The notes beneath the pieces are model-generated. The model saw only the letters and a list, made by a program, of their open reading frames with translations. It ran no database searches and was not told the origin of the DNA. 64,000 nt of DNA from a virus (taxonomy: Duplodnaviria > Caudoviricetes). A program made the translations under genes and the position numbers. Location: IMG/VR virus record IMGVR_UViG_3300032218_003059, positions 1 through 64,000 of that record. The stretch is one strand, 5' to 3'. This document shows, in pieces, positions 45,398-55,970 of this stretch. Numbering within the stretch: the stretch's first letter is position 1; every line of letters begins with the position of its first letter.

Positions 45398-47641
45398 TTG
45401 ATAACTGCACCATCAGGTCTACAAAATATATTTTATAATAATACATCCGTGCAAACTGCAGCAGGCTGCTACATTGAATACAACATGAACAGCCTAATCC
45501 CAAACATAAGCGTATCTTCTTCTAAGCCTGATACAAAATACTTTCATGTATTTACATTAGATTCAATAATCAAGCCATTTAGACCAAGCAAGTCTGGAAT
45601 TAAATATACTACATTGGCCCCTCTAGATGAGCCAAAAGTTTCAACTACTACAGACTTTACAAGATACCCATCAAATAAATCTGTTATATATCCATCAACA
45701 GCGCCAAGAAGATATATGCCAGGAATGGATAGTGTTTATAAATATTATCTTACGGAAATTGGTGGAGATCTAAATGCTAAAGTAAAGTACGTACAGTTTT
45801 CAAATACAATTAAAAGTGCTTATGCTACTGGAGAATATATACAATATGAAACATCCGCACCACACGGATTTACTATTGGTCTCACCGTCTCTGTTTCTGG
45901 ATTTACAAATACATTATTGAACTGCTCCTCTTTGGAAATACTAGATGTTCCATCTGAAACTACATTTAAAGTCACAAAGGCGACGGAGGTTGTAAAAAAA
46001 GTTACAGCAACAGCAACGGCTACGCTTTCAAAGTCTACAAAATACGCCATTGGAAATAAAATAATTGCAACATTTAATAAGGATCACTACCTTCCATCCA
46101 CATGCAATATAACAATAAAGATAAAAAATGCAGTCTCTGGTCAGGCAGACACCACAACATCAAAGACCAGCCTTTCTATACCTGCATCTGGATGCCTGGC
46201 ACTTTACTTTGACGGGTCTTCATGGAGCGCCACAGCTCCATCTGAGCCACTTTCATTTGGCACTGGTCAATATATCTCAGAAATATCTATAGACGCTACA
46301 GGAGCCTCTGGTAAATTTATAGGGCTAATCGAGTTTGCCCTAATATACACAAAAGATATAAGTCCAGATGTAGTCTCATTTAGTGAGACAAAGGATTCTT
46401 CATCTGACAATATGAGCATCCTGCCAGTTGGAACGGTAACCTCTAATAACCTATCAATTGATTTAGTTAATTATTCTGCGAATGCTTCGGCCTACGTCCC
46501 CTATGATTTAACAATGGACTTAGATATATCAAAGATTTATTTATATAAAAATGTTAAATTAACTCCTTATATAAAATTTTATGATGCCTCTGGGCCAATC
46601 ATAAAAGCGGGGGAGCCAAATAATTATTATAAAATATCTCCTGGCTCTTATTATATATCAGACTATAAGATAGGCACATATGGAGAAGTATCAATTAATG
46701 CACTGGATGCTGGTAAATATTTAACAGAAAAAATTGCACCAGACATGCTATTGGAAAATTATCCAGCAACAGGAGTAATCAGATCACTCCTAGATTCAGT
46801 AGGATTTGTTGATTACAATATAAATGTTTTAACTACAGATTCAAAAGTTACAGATACATCTATCCCATTTTTATCTTCGTGGTGGACAGATGGATCAAAG
46901 ACCGTATGGCAATGCATTCAAGAGATATGCCAAGACATGCAAATCAACGCTATATTTGATTCAAATAATATACTGCAATTTTATACTAGAGAATATATGT
47001 ACAGCACATCTAAAAGCATTGACTGGAATTTTTACTATGAAAAAAATGGATCAGCCCTGCCGAATATAGTTTCCTTTGATCAGCAACAAATACCTTCCGC
47101 AAACCAAGTTAAAGTTAAATGGTCTACCCCATTATCTTCTAGATACACTGGATCTTCCAGCGCACTTTGGACATCTCCAATTACATTCTTATCTGCTGGA
47201 GGACTTCTAGCATCAATTGCAGCAGACTCTTCACCAGAAAATACAACACTGATGATAACGTTGGATACAATAGATAAATATTCAACCAATCAATCATTAT
47301 ATTCTTTTTCTGGATACGTATTAATTGACTCTGAAATTATAGAATATGATGCGATACAATATAAGTGTGATTTAGAAACTCCATATGATGGTCAGTCTAC
47401 AATTTATCCATGGATGCAATCTCAAGCGGATATAGCAAAGTACAGATCACTTTCTAAATCTGGATATTCTGATTCTAAAAAACCAGATGAAACTGCATAC
47501 TTTAAACCAACTGGCAAGTATCGTGTTAAAAAAAGAGGTGCGCTTGGAACAACGCCAGCCGCACATAATGCAAATGGTAACCTTACAGACCTTAAAGCAA
47601 AAGGCTGGACATCAGTTGGAATTACCTGGAAGGAGAAATAA
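45398..47641 (+). CDS. Minor tail / hub protein
   Basis: Tail-tip position; VWQCIQEICQD..AIFDSNNILQF hub-like motif; TTG start. Confidence 0.6.
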   Translation: MITAPSGLQNIFYNNTSVQTAAGCYIEYNMNSLIPNISVSSSKPDTKYFHVFTLDSIIKPFRPSKSGIKYTTLAPLDEPKVSTTTDFTRYPSNKSVIYPSTAPRRYMPGMDSVYKYYLTEIGGDLNAKVKYVQFSNTIKSAYATGEYIQYETSAPHGFTIGLTVSVSGFTNTLLNCSSLEILDVPSETTFKVTKATEVVKKVTATATATLSKSTKYAIGNKIIATFNKDHYLPSTCNITIKIKNAVSGQADTTTSKTSLSIPASGCLALYFDGSSWSATAPSEPLSFGTGQYISEISIDATGASGKFIGLIEFALIYTKDISPDVVSFSETKDSSSDNMSILPVGTVTSNNLSIDLVNYSANASAYVPYDLTMDLDISKIYLYKNVKLTPYIKFYDASGPIIKAGEPNNYYKISPGSYYISDYKIGTYGEVSINALDAGKYLTEKIAPDMLLENYPATGVIRSLLDSVGFVDYNINVLTTDSKVTDTSIPFLSSWWTDGSKTVWQCIQEICQDMQINAIFDSNNILQFYTREYMYSTSKSIDWNFYYEKNGSALPNIVSFDQQQIPSANQVKVKWSTPLSSRYTGSSSALWTSPITFLSAGGLLASIAADSSPENTTLMITLDTIDKYSTNQSLYSFSGYVLIDSEIIEYDAIQYKCDLETPYDGQSTIYPWMQSQADIAKYRSLSKSGYSDSKKPDETAYFKPTGKYRVKKRGALGTTPAAHNANGNLTDLKAKGWTSVGITWKEK

Positions 47642-49401
47642 TGCCAATAGCACCAGAAATAATGATGATTGATGGCACAAGAGATCCAGGTTCAGTAATA
47701 GATATGATGTATGCTCCTTCAGGAGCTCAATCAAATGATCTTACATCTGTTACAATTGATTTTACAGTCGCCACATATGACCTTAGAATAACTTCTTATA
47801 AAGTTACAACTACTCAATATCAAAGCAACTTTATAACTGAGATAACTTCAAAGGTTAATACTTATACCTCTAAGCCAATGACAGTAACTGGCCTTACCCC
47901 AGGAGGATATTATACATTTAAGATAGAGGCATATAACAATTCAACAAAAAGTGATATATCTTCTACTTTTGCAATGCACTTAGCTGATTCAACTTCAGCC
48001 TCAGTTGGAGTTACTGGAAATACAGATGCATCTGCAGCTGGCAATCCATCGGCTGGCTCATCAAATCCTTCTGCAGCTTCTGAAGCCCCAGGCACCTCTT
48101 TTCTTGCCCTAGCTGGAGTTACAAGCAATACTAAGGCAAGCTTATTTTACAAATCTTTTTCTGCCATAAACTCTACTTTAGGAACTAGTACATACTATCC
48201 AGGACTACCAAGTTATATCACGGATGCAATAACTTCTTACACATCAAAATACTACGGCATTGGTACAAGCATAATGCTGGACAATTCTTTTGATAATACA
48301 AGCCAGTCTGCAGGCCTAGGAATATTTGTAGATAATGCTGGTGGAGACGGATACTACTTTGTTTTAGAAAGCACTGCATCTGCCGCAACATTAGATAAAA
48401 GAGCTTTTAGAGTATTAAAGGTTAAAGGTTCTCAGGTTATGGAGCTCCCATCTTCACAAGCTGACGGTAGCCTTATTGACGGAGTTATTGGAGGACTAGA
48501 GTATAGGATTGATGTAAAGGCTAAAGTTAATTCTACATCAATTGATATGGTAATAAATATTAATGGATTCCAAGTACTTTGCTCTGACAACATAGATATT
48601 CAAACAGCAGCTGGTAAAAAAGGAATAACTCAGATACTGCCTCCAACTAGTAACATAGGGGTTATATGCTTTAAAGGCAATGCGGCATTTGATTATGTTT
48701 ATGGGGCCAATATAACTGAGCAGCAATTTAATGATTACACATACAATGCAAACTTTTATCAGGGGCAATTCTCAAACGATTTCTTGGTACAGATGTTTGG
48801 AGACCTTCAATATAATGCACAGACAAACCTAGATAATGTTAAGTCTGATTCCTACGAAGAGTTTGGAACTACAGTAAGAGAGATATTAAAGACTGATATC
48901 AAATTTGACTCTCGCCCTTCATTTCCAATAAGCCCATCTACTGGATTAAATAAACTTGCCAAGATAGTTGCCAGCAAAGTTACAAACTTCGGAGCAACAA
49001 TATATACTCTAAACAATTCCTCTTCTACAATACCTCTTTCAGATGGAAGTACAAATACATTTTGGGTGTACGGTAACACACTTGGCCAATCTGGAGATTT
49101 AGAATATCTTACAGATGATGATGACTTTACGGCAAAAGAGCAGGTATCAATTAATACCATGTGGATTCAAAATATTAATGACGTTAAGTCTCTAGCTAAA
49201 TGGATAAAGTCAAGGGTTATTAACAGAGGCAGATCAATAAACTTAACATGTTTTGGAAATCCTCTTATAGTTCCAGGAGATGTTATTGGAATAAAATATG
49301 GTCTAAAAGGCCTACTAGGAACAGAAAAATTTATAGTTACATCAGTAACACAGACATATAACGACGGCCTAGAAACGGAGATATCCTGCAGGACCTTTTA
49401 G
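47641..49401 (+). CDS. Minor tail protein with FN3-like domain
   Basis: VTGLTPGGYYTFKIEAYN; C-terminal GNPLIVPGDVI hub motif. Confidence 0.65.
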   Translation: MPIAPEIMMIDGTRDPGSVIDMMYAPSGAQSNDLTSVTIDFTVATYDLRITSYKVTTTQYQSNFITEITSKVNTYTSKPMTVTGLTPGGYYTFKIEAYNNSTKSDISSTFAMHLADSTSASVGVTGNTDASAAGNPSAGSSNPSAASEAPGTSFLALAGVTSNTKASLFYKSFSAINSTLGTSTYYPGLPSYITDAITSYTSKYYGIGTSIMLDNSFDNTSQSAGLGIFVDNAGGDGYYFVLESTASAATLDKRAFRVLKVKGSQVMELPSSQADGSLIDGVIGGLEYRIDVKAKVNSTSIDMVININGFQVLCSDNIDIQTAAGKKGITQILPPTSNIGVICFKGNAAFDYVYGANITEQQFNDYTYNANFYQGQFSNDFLVQMFGDLQYNAQTNLDNVKSDSYEEFGTTVREILKTDIKFDSRPSFPISPSTGLNKLAKIVASKVTNFGATIYTLNNSSSTIPLSDGSTNTFWVYGNTLGQSGDLEYLTDDDDFTAKEQVSINTMWIQNINDVKSLAKWIKSRVINRGRSINLTCFGNPLIVPGDVIGIKYGLKGLLGTEKFIVTSVTQTYNDGLETEISCRTF

Positions 49402-49424
49402 GGACTAAATGATATAATGTAAAT

Positions 49425-49799
49425 ATGACAAATAATAGAGTACCCGCAGCCAATATTACTAGAGGAACAACTCCAGTAATTGCGTCTGACGACGAAGCTT
49501 TATTATATGTAAATCCAAATGAAGTTTTAATTAAAGACCCAACAGATCCAAGTAAATACCTTAGAAGATCACCGTATGGAAACGGAGCAGGCTCAGGTAA
49601 TAACTGGACTAATTTTCAAGGCGGGTCTGGAGATTGCCCAACGCTCTCAGATATTATTAGTGTAAACATAGTAAAGTATTATGATTCAGTTACTAAAATG
49701 CCAAAAGCAAAGGCAATAATAAAGGTAAGAAATTCAAGCGAGTATGCTACAGAAGTTATGGGGGTTGATGCTAGGATTTACGATCCTACTAACGAATAA
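49425..49799 (+). CDS. Hypothetical (minor tail) protein
   Basis: Coupled to next gene; TGA-TATAAT ends 6 nt upstream (leaderless-type). Confidence 0.6.
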   Translation: MTNNRVPAANITRGTTPVIASDDEALLYVNPNEVLIKDPTDPSKYLRRSPYGNGAGSGNNWTNFQGGSGDCPTLSDIISVNIVKYYDSVTKMPKAKAIIKVRNSSEYATEVMGVDARIYDPTNE

Positions 49800-50713
49800 T
49801 GATTAAAGGTACATATATTTTATATCAAGACGGAAAAGAAATAATGCGTCAAGATAACGTCATAACTAAATTTGGTAAGAGATTTATTACAGAGTTTATT
49901 GCTGGAAACATCCCTAATGCTAAAAAAGATATAGCTATTGGAATAACTTCTGCAGCTGCAACATATGACGATACTAGGCTTGGATTTGAATTTTATAGAT
50001 TCCCAGTAAGTTTTGGAAGCACAAATATTCAAACAGTTAGCGGAACTACAACTTATGGCGTTATATATAAGGGAACAATTCCACAGGACGTAGCTGGAAC
50101 AGTAACAGAGCTTGGTCTGTATCCATCAACAAGATCTTCTTCTAATAATTATGATAGCAAGTTTATTTCAGACTTCGCATCACCATTGCTTTGGCTTGAT
50201 GCAGACGGATACAACCCTCCAGTTGATTACAGTAATGCAAAAATTGGAGACAATGTTTTAAAAATTCAATCGGGTAAAGAATATTTTTATTCCCCTGGAA
50301 ATTTTGACATGTCTGGGTATAGTTCTAATGATAGCTTAAAGATTGCTTATCATAAGTACGGAACTAATTTAAGCGGAGTAAAGGTAAATTTCTATACTTC
50401 AAACTCAGACTATTACTCATATACATTTTCATCTGGATCAGTAGGATATAATATAAGCTCAGATGTGCTCCTATCTTCATTGTATGCAGCACCAGTTGGA
50501 TCACCAAATAAAGCTCAAATAAATAAAATTGGAGTAACTGCAATATCTAATAATGCATCATTAGCATACGCAGGCCTTGATGGACTAAGAATAAATGATG
50601 AAGATACGTTTGATCCAACAATGGGATTAATAAGTCGTGCAGTTATAACAGAATTTACTAAACAAGTTGGTCAACCAATAGACATTGAATATAGATTAAA
50701 TTTAGGTTTCTAA
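49799..50713 (+). CDS. Minor tail protein
   Basis: NVITKFGKRFI, LGFEFYRFPV, ELGLYP, IEYRL motifs. Confidence 0.6.
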   Translation: MIKGTYILYQDGKEIMRQDNVITKFGKRFITEFIAGNIPNAKKDIAIGITSAAATYDDTRLGFEFYRFPVSFGSTNIQTVSGTTTYGVIYKGTIPQDVAGTVTELGLYPSTRSSSNNYDSKFISDFASPLLWLDADGYNPPVDYSNAKIGDNVLKIQSGKEYFYSPGNFDMSGYSSNDSLKIAYHKYGTNLSGVKVNFYTSNSDYYSYTFSSGSVGYNISSDVLLSSLYAAPVGSPNKAQINKIGVTAISNNASLAYAGLDGLRINDEDTFDPTMGLISRAVITEFTKQVGQPIDIEYRLNLGF

Positions 50714-50714
50714 T

Positions 50715-52835
50715 ATGGCTTATCAAGATCTACTAAAAGATACGACTGCTCCAGATCCTTCAGATAAGGATGCGTTTCTTGTAACCGTAGTAGATTTAAA
50801 TCCAGACAAAGTTTATCCATTACAATTCAGGTGGAAGTATAAAGATGGTTCGTATGGACAAGACTGGTCCCCCGCATATGATATCTACACTGGAGACGAG
50901 CAAATTGTTTTAAAGCCATACTTCCCCATAACAAATGTTGACGGAGGATCAGGGTACATATCAGTAACTTGGGACGGCAGAGATTCAAACCTAGTTGATA
51001 TGGAATGGTTTGATAGAGTAGACATTTTAATTAAAGATCATTCATCAAATGCAAAAGCAGTATTTGGAGATGGAACAAATGCAGTAGCATTTTTCAAATC
51101 AAAAGGAACCAAAACAATAACAGCCCCAGCTGGGAAATATATAGTAAAGCTTAGAACTGTTGGAAAATCAGGTAAGTTTTCTGATTCAGTTCCAGTAGGT
51201 GTAAATGATTATTTAGTTACAGTTACATCTGGACTAACTATTGAAGATCCAACTCTTCCAGTAGGACTTAGCGTATCAACTGTACCATTTGGAGTAGCAG
51301 TAAATTGGAGTGGTGCATATAACGCATCTTCATTCTTTGGATTTCAATCTATTAATATCTATGCATCGGCTACAGATTTTGGGGCAACAACAACTTCAAC
51401 AAATATAACAAACTCAAAATTAGTTGGAACAATGTCAGTAAATGACAGCGCAAACAAAATAACAGTAGGACTTGATGCATTAAGAACAGCTCTTGGATTG
51501 ACAGCAAATAAAGACTGCTATACAACAAACACTTATTTTTATTATATAGCAACAAATTTAAATGGACTTAAATATAAAGTTAGTGGAGCAGAAGTTTATA
51601 CTAGAATTAGTGCTACTCCAATCAAAGCAACTCAAGCAAACTTTATTGATTTAGAAAATGGAACAATTTCAATTGAGAACCTAGTTGCTGGAAATGGATC
51701 ATTTACTTCATGGCTTAGAACAGGAGTTGCTGGTGCAGCAAGAATTGAATTATCTTCTACAACAGTTCCAGCAAATGATGCGGGAGGATATTTAGTTGTT
51801 CCTGGTTTAACTGTATATAACAGCGCAGGAAATCCAGAGTTTCAAGCAGATTTAAATGGTAATGTTAGCTTAGGTGGTTATACAAAAACAACACTAGATG
51901 CAATAAAAACAAAAGGCGATACAACCGCAGCAACTTTAATTTTAGTTTCAAATGCCGCACAAACTGCATCCGACCTTGCGGGTACAAAAAATAAAGTGTT
52001 TGTACAAGCCTCTGTACCATCCGCAGTAGCAGCAGGAGATGTTTGGCTTAATACATATGCTGGAACAGTAGGTGGATATTTAGGAAACTATACTACTTAT
52101 GTAGCAACCGCCGTAGGGACTGGCTCCTGGGTGCCAGCATCCGTAGCTGATGCAAAAGCCGCACTTGGAAAAATTATAGGTTTTAATTCAAATGGAGATT
52201 TATTTAGTAAGGATCTTCAATTAGAATCTGGCAAAGGATCTATATATTCAAATAAATCTGCATATTCAAATGATGCAGACAGCGGATGGTATCTAGGATA
52301 TATTCCAAATACTACATATGCAGCACTAGCCCTTGGCTCAAGTTCAACTGGTTTAATTAAATGGGATCCAAATGCTGGGCTAAGGTTAACTGGTGACATT
52401 GCTTCTACTGCAAATATTTCTGGAGGTACAGTTAAAGCAACTGGCAACTACGGAGCAATACGGCTATCAAGTTCAACAGAATCAACAATAGATTTTTTAA
52501 ATACAAGCTCAACGGTAACTGGACAATTGAGATCATATGATAATGGAAATTCTCTTGTTTTGCAATACGGAACTGGAAGGTATAACGGATTTGGATCTAA
52601 ACCAGCTAGCACTGGAGTTATAGATTTATCTGCTTCAACAACAAGCGTTGGGCACGTTAATTCTTCAGGTGTTTTTAGCTCTGGATTTATATCATCACAA
52701 AATGGTCAAACTGTTTTGGCTGGATACTGGACAGCTCCAGATACATCGTTATCAACAACTTCTTTAAAAAATATTATTGCACAATCAACTCAACCGTCGG
52801 TGATGTTAACTGGAACAGTATGGCTACAGGTGTAA
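50715..52835 (+). CDS. Tail-tip / central fibre protein with FN3-like domains
   Basis: YPLQFRW, beta-rich G/S/T composition, GDVWLNT module. Confidence 0.65.
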   Translation: MAYQDLLKDTTAPDPSDKDAFLVTVVDLNPDKVYPLQFRWKYKDGSYGQDWSPAYDIYTGDEQIVLKPYFPITNVDGGSGYISVTWDGRDSNLVDMEWFDRVDILIKDHSSNAKAVFGDGTNAVAFFKSKGTKTITAPAGKYIVKLRTVGKSGKFSDSVPVGVNDYLVTVTSGLTIEDPTLPVGLSVSTVPFGVAVNWSGAYNASSFFGFQSINIYASATDFGATTTSTNITNSKLVGTMSVNDSANKITVGLDALRTALGLTANKDCYTTNTYFYYIATNLNGLKYKVSGAEVYTRISATPIKATQANFIDLENGTISIENLVAGNGSFTSWLRTGVAGAARIELSSTTVPANDAGGYLVVPGLTVYNSAGNPEFQADLNGNVSLGGYTKTTLDAIKTKGDTTAATLILVSNAAQTASDLAGTKNKVFVQASVPSAVAAGDVWLNTYAGTVGGYLGNYTTYVATAVGTGSWVPASVADAKAALGKIIGFNSNGDLFSKDLQLESGKGSIYSNKSAYSNDADSGWYLGYIPNTTYAALALGSSSTGLIKWDPNAGLRLTGDIASTANISGGTVKATGNYGAIRLSSSTESTIDFLNTSSTVTGQLRSYDNGNSLVLQYGTGRYNGFGSKPASTGVIDLSASTTSVGHVNSSGVFSSGFISSQNGQTVLAGYWTAPDTSLSTTSLKNIIAQSTQPSVMLTGTVWLQV

Positions 52836-52838
52836 TAA

Positions 52839-55800
52839 ATGGCCAACAATTCAAGCATATACAATGGATCATCCTGGGTTAAATTAAAAGCAATAAAAAT
52901 TTATAATGGCGGATGGCAGACAGTTAAAAAAGGTTTTATTTATACTGGAACAGCATGGGCTAGATTTTGGCCATCAGCTGGACCATATACAACAACATCT
53001 CCAAGTATACGAATAGACTCATATACTGGAAAATCTGTTGGCTCTGTAATTCAAATGGGCCCAAGACTAAGCAGCATAGAAGACAATACTCCGCCACTTA
53101 CAATTCCAGATGGATTATCTGGTGCTACATATTTGTGGGGGCAAGATGGTGTTTGGGCAAATAATACTAATGCTGTAATTAATAGATATTTTTATTACAA
53201 TTCATCAAATGATTTTACTAATGCATCTGCAATAAATGGTGTAACTGATAAGCTATCAAATACTAGCGGAACAATAGATTCATATGACGCAAAATATTTA
53301 TGGTATTACGTTACACAAACTACAGATGCAATGGGAGAGGACCAAAGCGAGTCATTGTATTTAATTAAACAAAGGCCAGCACCACCAATATCTTTTTTAA
53401 TAGATACCTCTACAGATCCAACAGTTGGCAAACCAGTAACAGTTAACTATTCTTTAAACACGGATTGGTATAGAAATGCAAAACTTAGTTTAAGCTATAT
53501 AGAATGGTTTGCAGAAACTACATTAAATCCAACATACTCATCTCCAGCCCAAACAGATTATTTGTCTGCAAATAGCGGTTCAAAAACATTTACTCCAACA
53601 GAAGCAGAAAAAGATAAGTATATATTTGCAAGAATAACAATAGCAAATTCATACTCAGATTATTATGGAAGTTCTTATGTAAGAACAGCGGAAGACTATA
53701 ATATTAAAAAGGTTGGCGCAGCGCAGCTCGCACCTAACTCAGGAACTGTATCAGTATCTCCATCAACTGGAACCGCTGGAACTACAACATATATTCCTAT
53801 ACCAGCAGGATGGAAGGGTCCTCCTGATATATTTACCTACACCTATTCATGGAGAATATTAAAGCCAAACTTACAATATCAAGAAGTAGGAACAGGATCG
53901 ACATTTGCTCCAGCGTTAAACTTCAATACTGCGTATCCAAACTTTGAAACTCGCTTATTTTGGACAGTATCAAATGGAATAGCTCCAGATGCAACTGGTA
54001 GTACAGGATTTACTGTAAATAATGCATTAATTACAAGAACACTTTCGTTTAGCGCTAATGGAGGCACAGGTGCTCCTGCAGCACAAACTGGTACAGACAA
54101 TGGATCTGGAGCAACCATTACAATAACAAACTCAATTCCAACACGAGACGGGTACAGATTTTTATATTGGAATACTTCTCCATCAGACATGGGAGGAACA
54201 ACATATGCACCTGGAAATAGTATTACTCTTAATACAGATGTAACTCTTTACGCAATGTGGAGTCTAATTTTAGTTGCTCCATACGGCGGAAGCACATCAG
54301 TTGATCCAACTTCTGGAGTATCTGGAACTCTATTTAGAGCAAGTACAAGCGGCTGGTCTGGCACTCCAAATTCATTTACCTATTCTTTTTCCTGGCAAGG
54401 CCTGTCAACATCAAACTACAATTATGTAGAACTAGGAACAGGATCTACATTTTATTCTTTTGGAATAAATCTAAACACCTACCTTGCATTTAGAGTTGTT
54501 GCAACTGCAACAAATGCCGCTGGATCTAGCTCAGCTCCTGCAGATTTTTCAATAACAATTCCATCATATACTAGAACACTTTCCTTTAGCGCAAACGGTG
54601 GAGTAAGCGCACCAGCAGCACAAACTGGCACAGACAATGGATCTGGAGCAACCATTACAATTACTACATCCACTCCAACTCGGTCTGGGTACAGATTTTT
54701 ATATTGGAATACTTCTCCATCAGACATGGGAGGAACAACATATAGTCCTGGAAATAATATTACTATAAGTTCAGATGTGACTCTATATGCAATATGGAGC
54801 CTGGTCCTTGTTCCGCCAAGTGGTGGGAGCACATCAGTTTCTCCAACTTCTGGAACCGTTGGTACAACATATACAGTAAGCACCTCTGGTTGGAGTGGAA
54901 CGCCAAATTCATTTACTTATGCATATTCCTGGCAAGGTTTATCGACTACGGGATACAATTATGTACAACTAGGAACAGGATCTACATTTAATTCTTCTGG
55001 AATAAACGTGGCAAACTACCTTGATTTCAGGGTTGTAGCAACAATTACAAATGCTGCTGGTTCTGTTCAAGATACAGCATACTTCTCAGTAACAGCTGCT
55101 ATAAATACAATTGCAACAATTGCTACACAGAATACAATTGCAACAATTGCTACACAGAATACAATTGCAACTCAGAATACAATTGCTACACAGAATACAA
55201 TTGCAACTCAAAATACAATTGCTACACAGAATACAATTGCTACACAGAATACAATTGCTACAATTGCTACACAGAATACAATTGCTACAATTGCTACACA
55301 GAACACAATTGCTACAATTGCTACACAGAACACAATTGCTACAATTGCTACAATTGCTACACAGAATACAATTGCAACTCAAAATACAATTGCTACACAG
55401 AATACAATTGCTACAATTGCTACACAGAATACAATTGCTACAATTGCAACTCAGAATACAATTGCTACAGGTGGAGGAGGTTGCTTTGTTTACGGCACTG
55501 AAATTCAAATGGCAGACGGAAGCTGGAAGAATATGGAAGACCTATATATTGGAGATCAAGTTATGGGTATAGATATTCCTACAGTCCCTTATGAGGATAG
55601 TATGGGATTTGACTATATTCCAACATGGACATCTACAGATGTTTCTGGTACAATAAAATCTGTAGCTACTGTTATAAATGTAGATAACAGATCATTTGAT
55701 AGCTATTATTTAATTAATAATCAAGTAAAGGTTACATATGAGCATAACGTATTGGTTCAACAAGATGGAATATGGAAATTTATCATGGTTGAAGATATTA

Positions 55801-55970
55801 ATGTTGGAGACAATATAATGAACGAAAACCTTGAAATAGTTCCAGTTTTATCAAAAGAATTAATAAATGAAACAGTAAATACTACATCAATAAATATTGA
55901 CGATATTGATGTTTATACCGTAAGGGGCATGGTTGCCCACAATATAACAAGTAAGGCGGGGGCCAATTGA
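52839..55970 (+). CDS. Fibre/adhesin-like virion protein: Ig-like and InlB B-repeat-like domains, (X-X-Thr)41 repeat, C-terminal Hint domain
   Basis: Two RTLSFSANGG...PTR.GYRFLYWNT...TLYA.W (Listeria-Bacteroides repeat-like) modules; IAT/QNT repeat; GGGG-CFVYGT...TYEH...VAHN. Confidence 0.85.
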   Translation: MANNSSIYNGSSWVKLKAIKIYNGGWQTVKKGFIYTGTAWARFWPSAGPYTTTSPSIRIDSYTGKSVGSVIQMGPRLSSIEDNTPPLTIPDGLSGATYLWGQDGVWANNTNAVINRYFYYNSSNDFTNASAINGVTDKLSNTSGTIDSYDAKYLWYYVTQTTDAMGEDQSESLYLIKQRPAPPISFLIDTSTDPTVGKPVTVNYSLNTDWYRNAKLSLSYIEWFAETTLNPTYSSPAQTDYLSANSGSKTFTPTEAEKDKYIFARITIANSYSDYYGSSYVRTAEDYNIKKVGAAQLAPNSGTVSVSPSTGTAGTTTYIPIPAGWKGPPDIFTYTYSWRILKPNLQYQEVGTGSTFAPALNFNTAYPNFETRLFWTVSNGIAPDATGSTGFTVNNALITRTLSFSANGGTGAPAAQTGTDNGSGATITITNSIPTRDGYRFLYWNTSPSDMGGTTYAPGNSITLNTDVTLYAMWSLILVAPYGGSTSVDPTSGVSGTLFRASTSGWSGTPNSFTYSFSWQGLSTSNYNYVELGTGSTFYSFGINLNTYLAFRVVATATNAAGSSSAPADFSITIPSYTRTLSFSANGGVSAPAAQTGTDNGSGATITITTSTPTRSGYRFLYWNTSPSDMGGTTYSPGNNITISSDVTLYAIWSLVLVPPSGGSTSVSPTSGTVGTTYTVSTSGWSGTPNSFTYAYSWQGLSTTGYNYVQLGTGSTFNSSGINVANYLDFRVVATITNAAGSVQDTAYFSVTAAINTIATIATQNTIATIATQNTIATQNTIATQNTIATQNTIATQNTIATQNTIATIATQNTIATIATQNTIATIATQNTIATIATIATQNTIATQNTIATQNTIATIATQNTIATIATQNTIATGGGGCFVYGTEIQMADGSWKNMEDLYIGDQVMGIDIPTVPYEDSMGFDYIPTWTSTDVSGTIKSVATVINVDNRSFDSYYLINNQVKVTYEHNVLVQQDGIWKFIMVEDINVGDNIMNENLEIVPVLSKELINETVNTTSINIDDIDVYTVRGMVAHNITSKAGAN
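54036..55100 (+). repeat. Tandem duplication, period 537 bp (179 aa)
   Basis: AGAACACTTTC..TTTAGCGC.AA at 54036 and 54573, with long near-identical stretches. Confidence 0.85.
55101..55469 (+). repeat. 41 in-frame 9-bp units encoding X-X-Thr (25 IAT, 15 QNT, 1 INT)
   Basis: Directly counted; 369 bp. Confidence 0.95.
55482..55943 (+). other. Hint (intein/Hedgehog-like) domain, 154 aa
   Basis: Cys1 CFVYGTEIQMADG, block B TYEH, INVGD, terminal VAHN; +1 residue is Ile followed by a short tail. Confidence 0.88.

Noticed and set aside
55086-55572. Cys-rich antisense ORF (CSNC repeats) and Gln/Leu-rich ORF over the 9-bp repeat
   Set aside because: Shadow frames of the IAT/QNT repeat; metallothionein-like look is coincidental; third-position variation fits the plus-strand gene
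55482-55943. Mobile self-splicing intein
   Set aside because: No homing endonuclease, +1 residue is Ile and only 8 residues follow; better treated as a domesticated autoprocessing Hint domain
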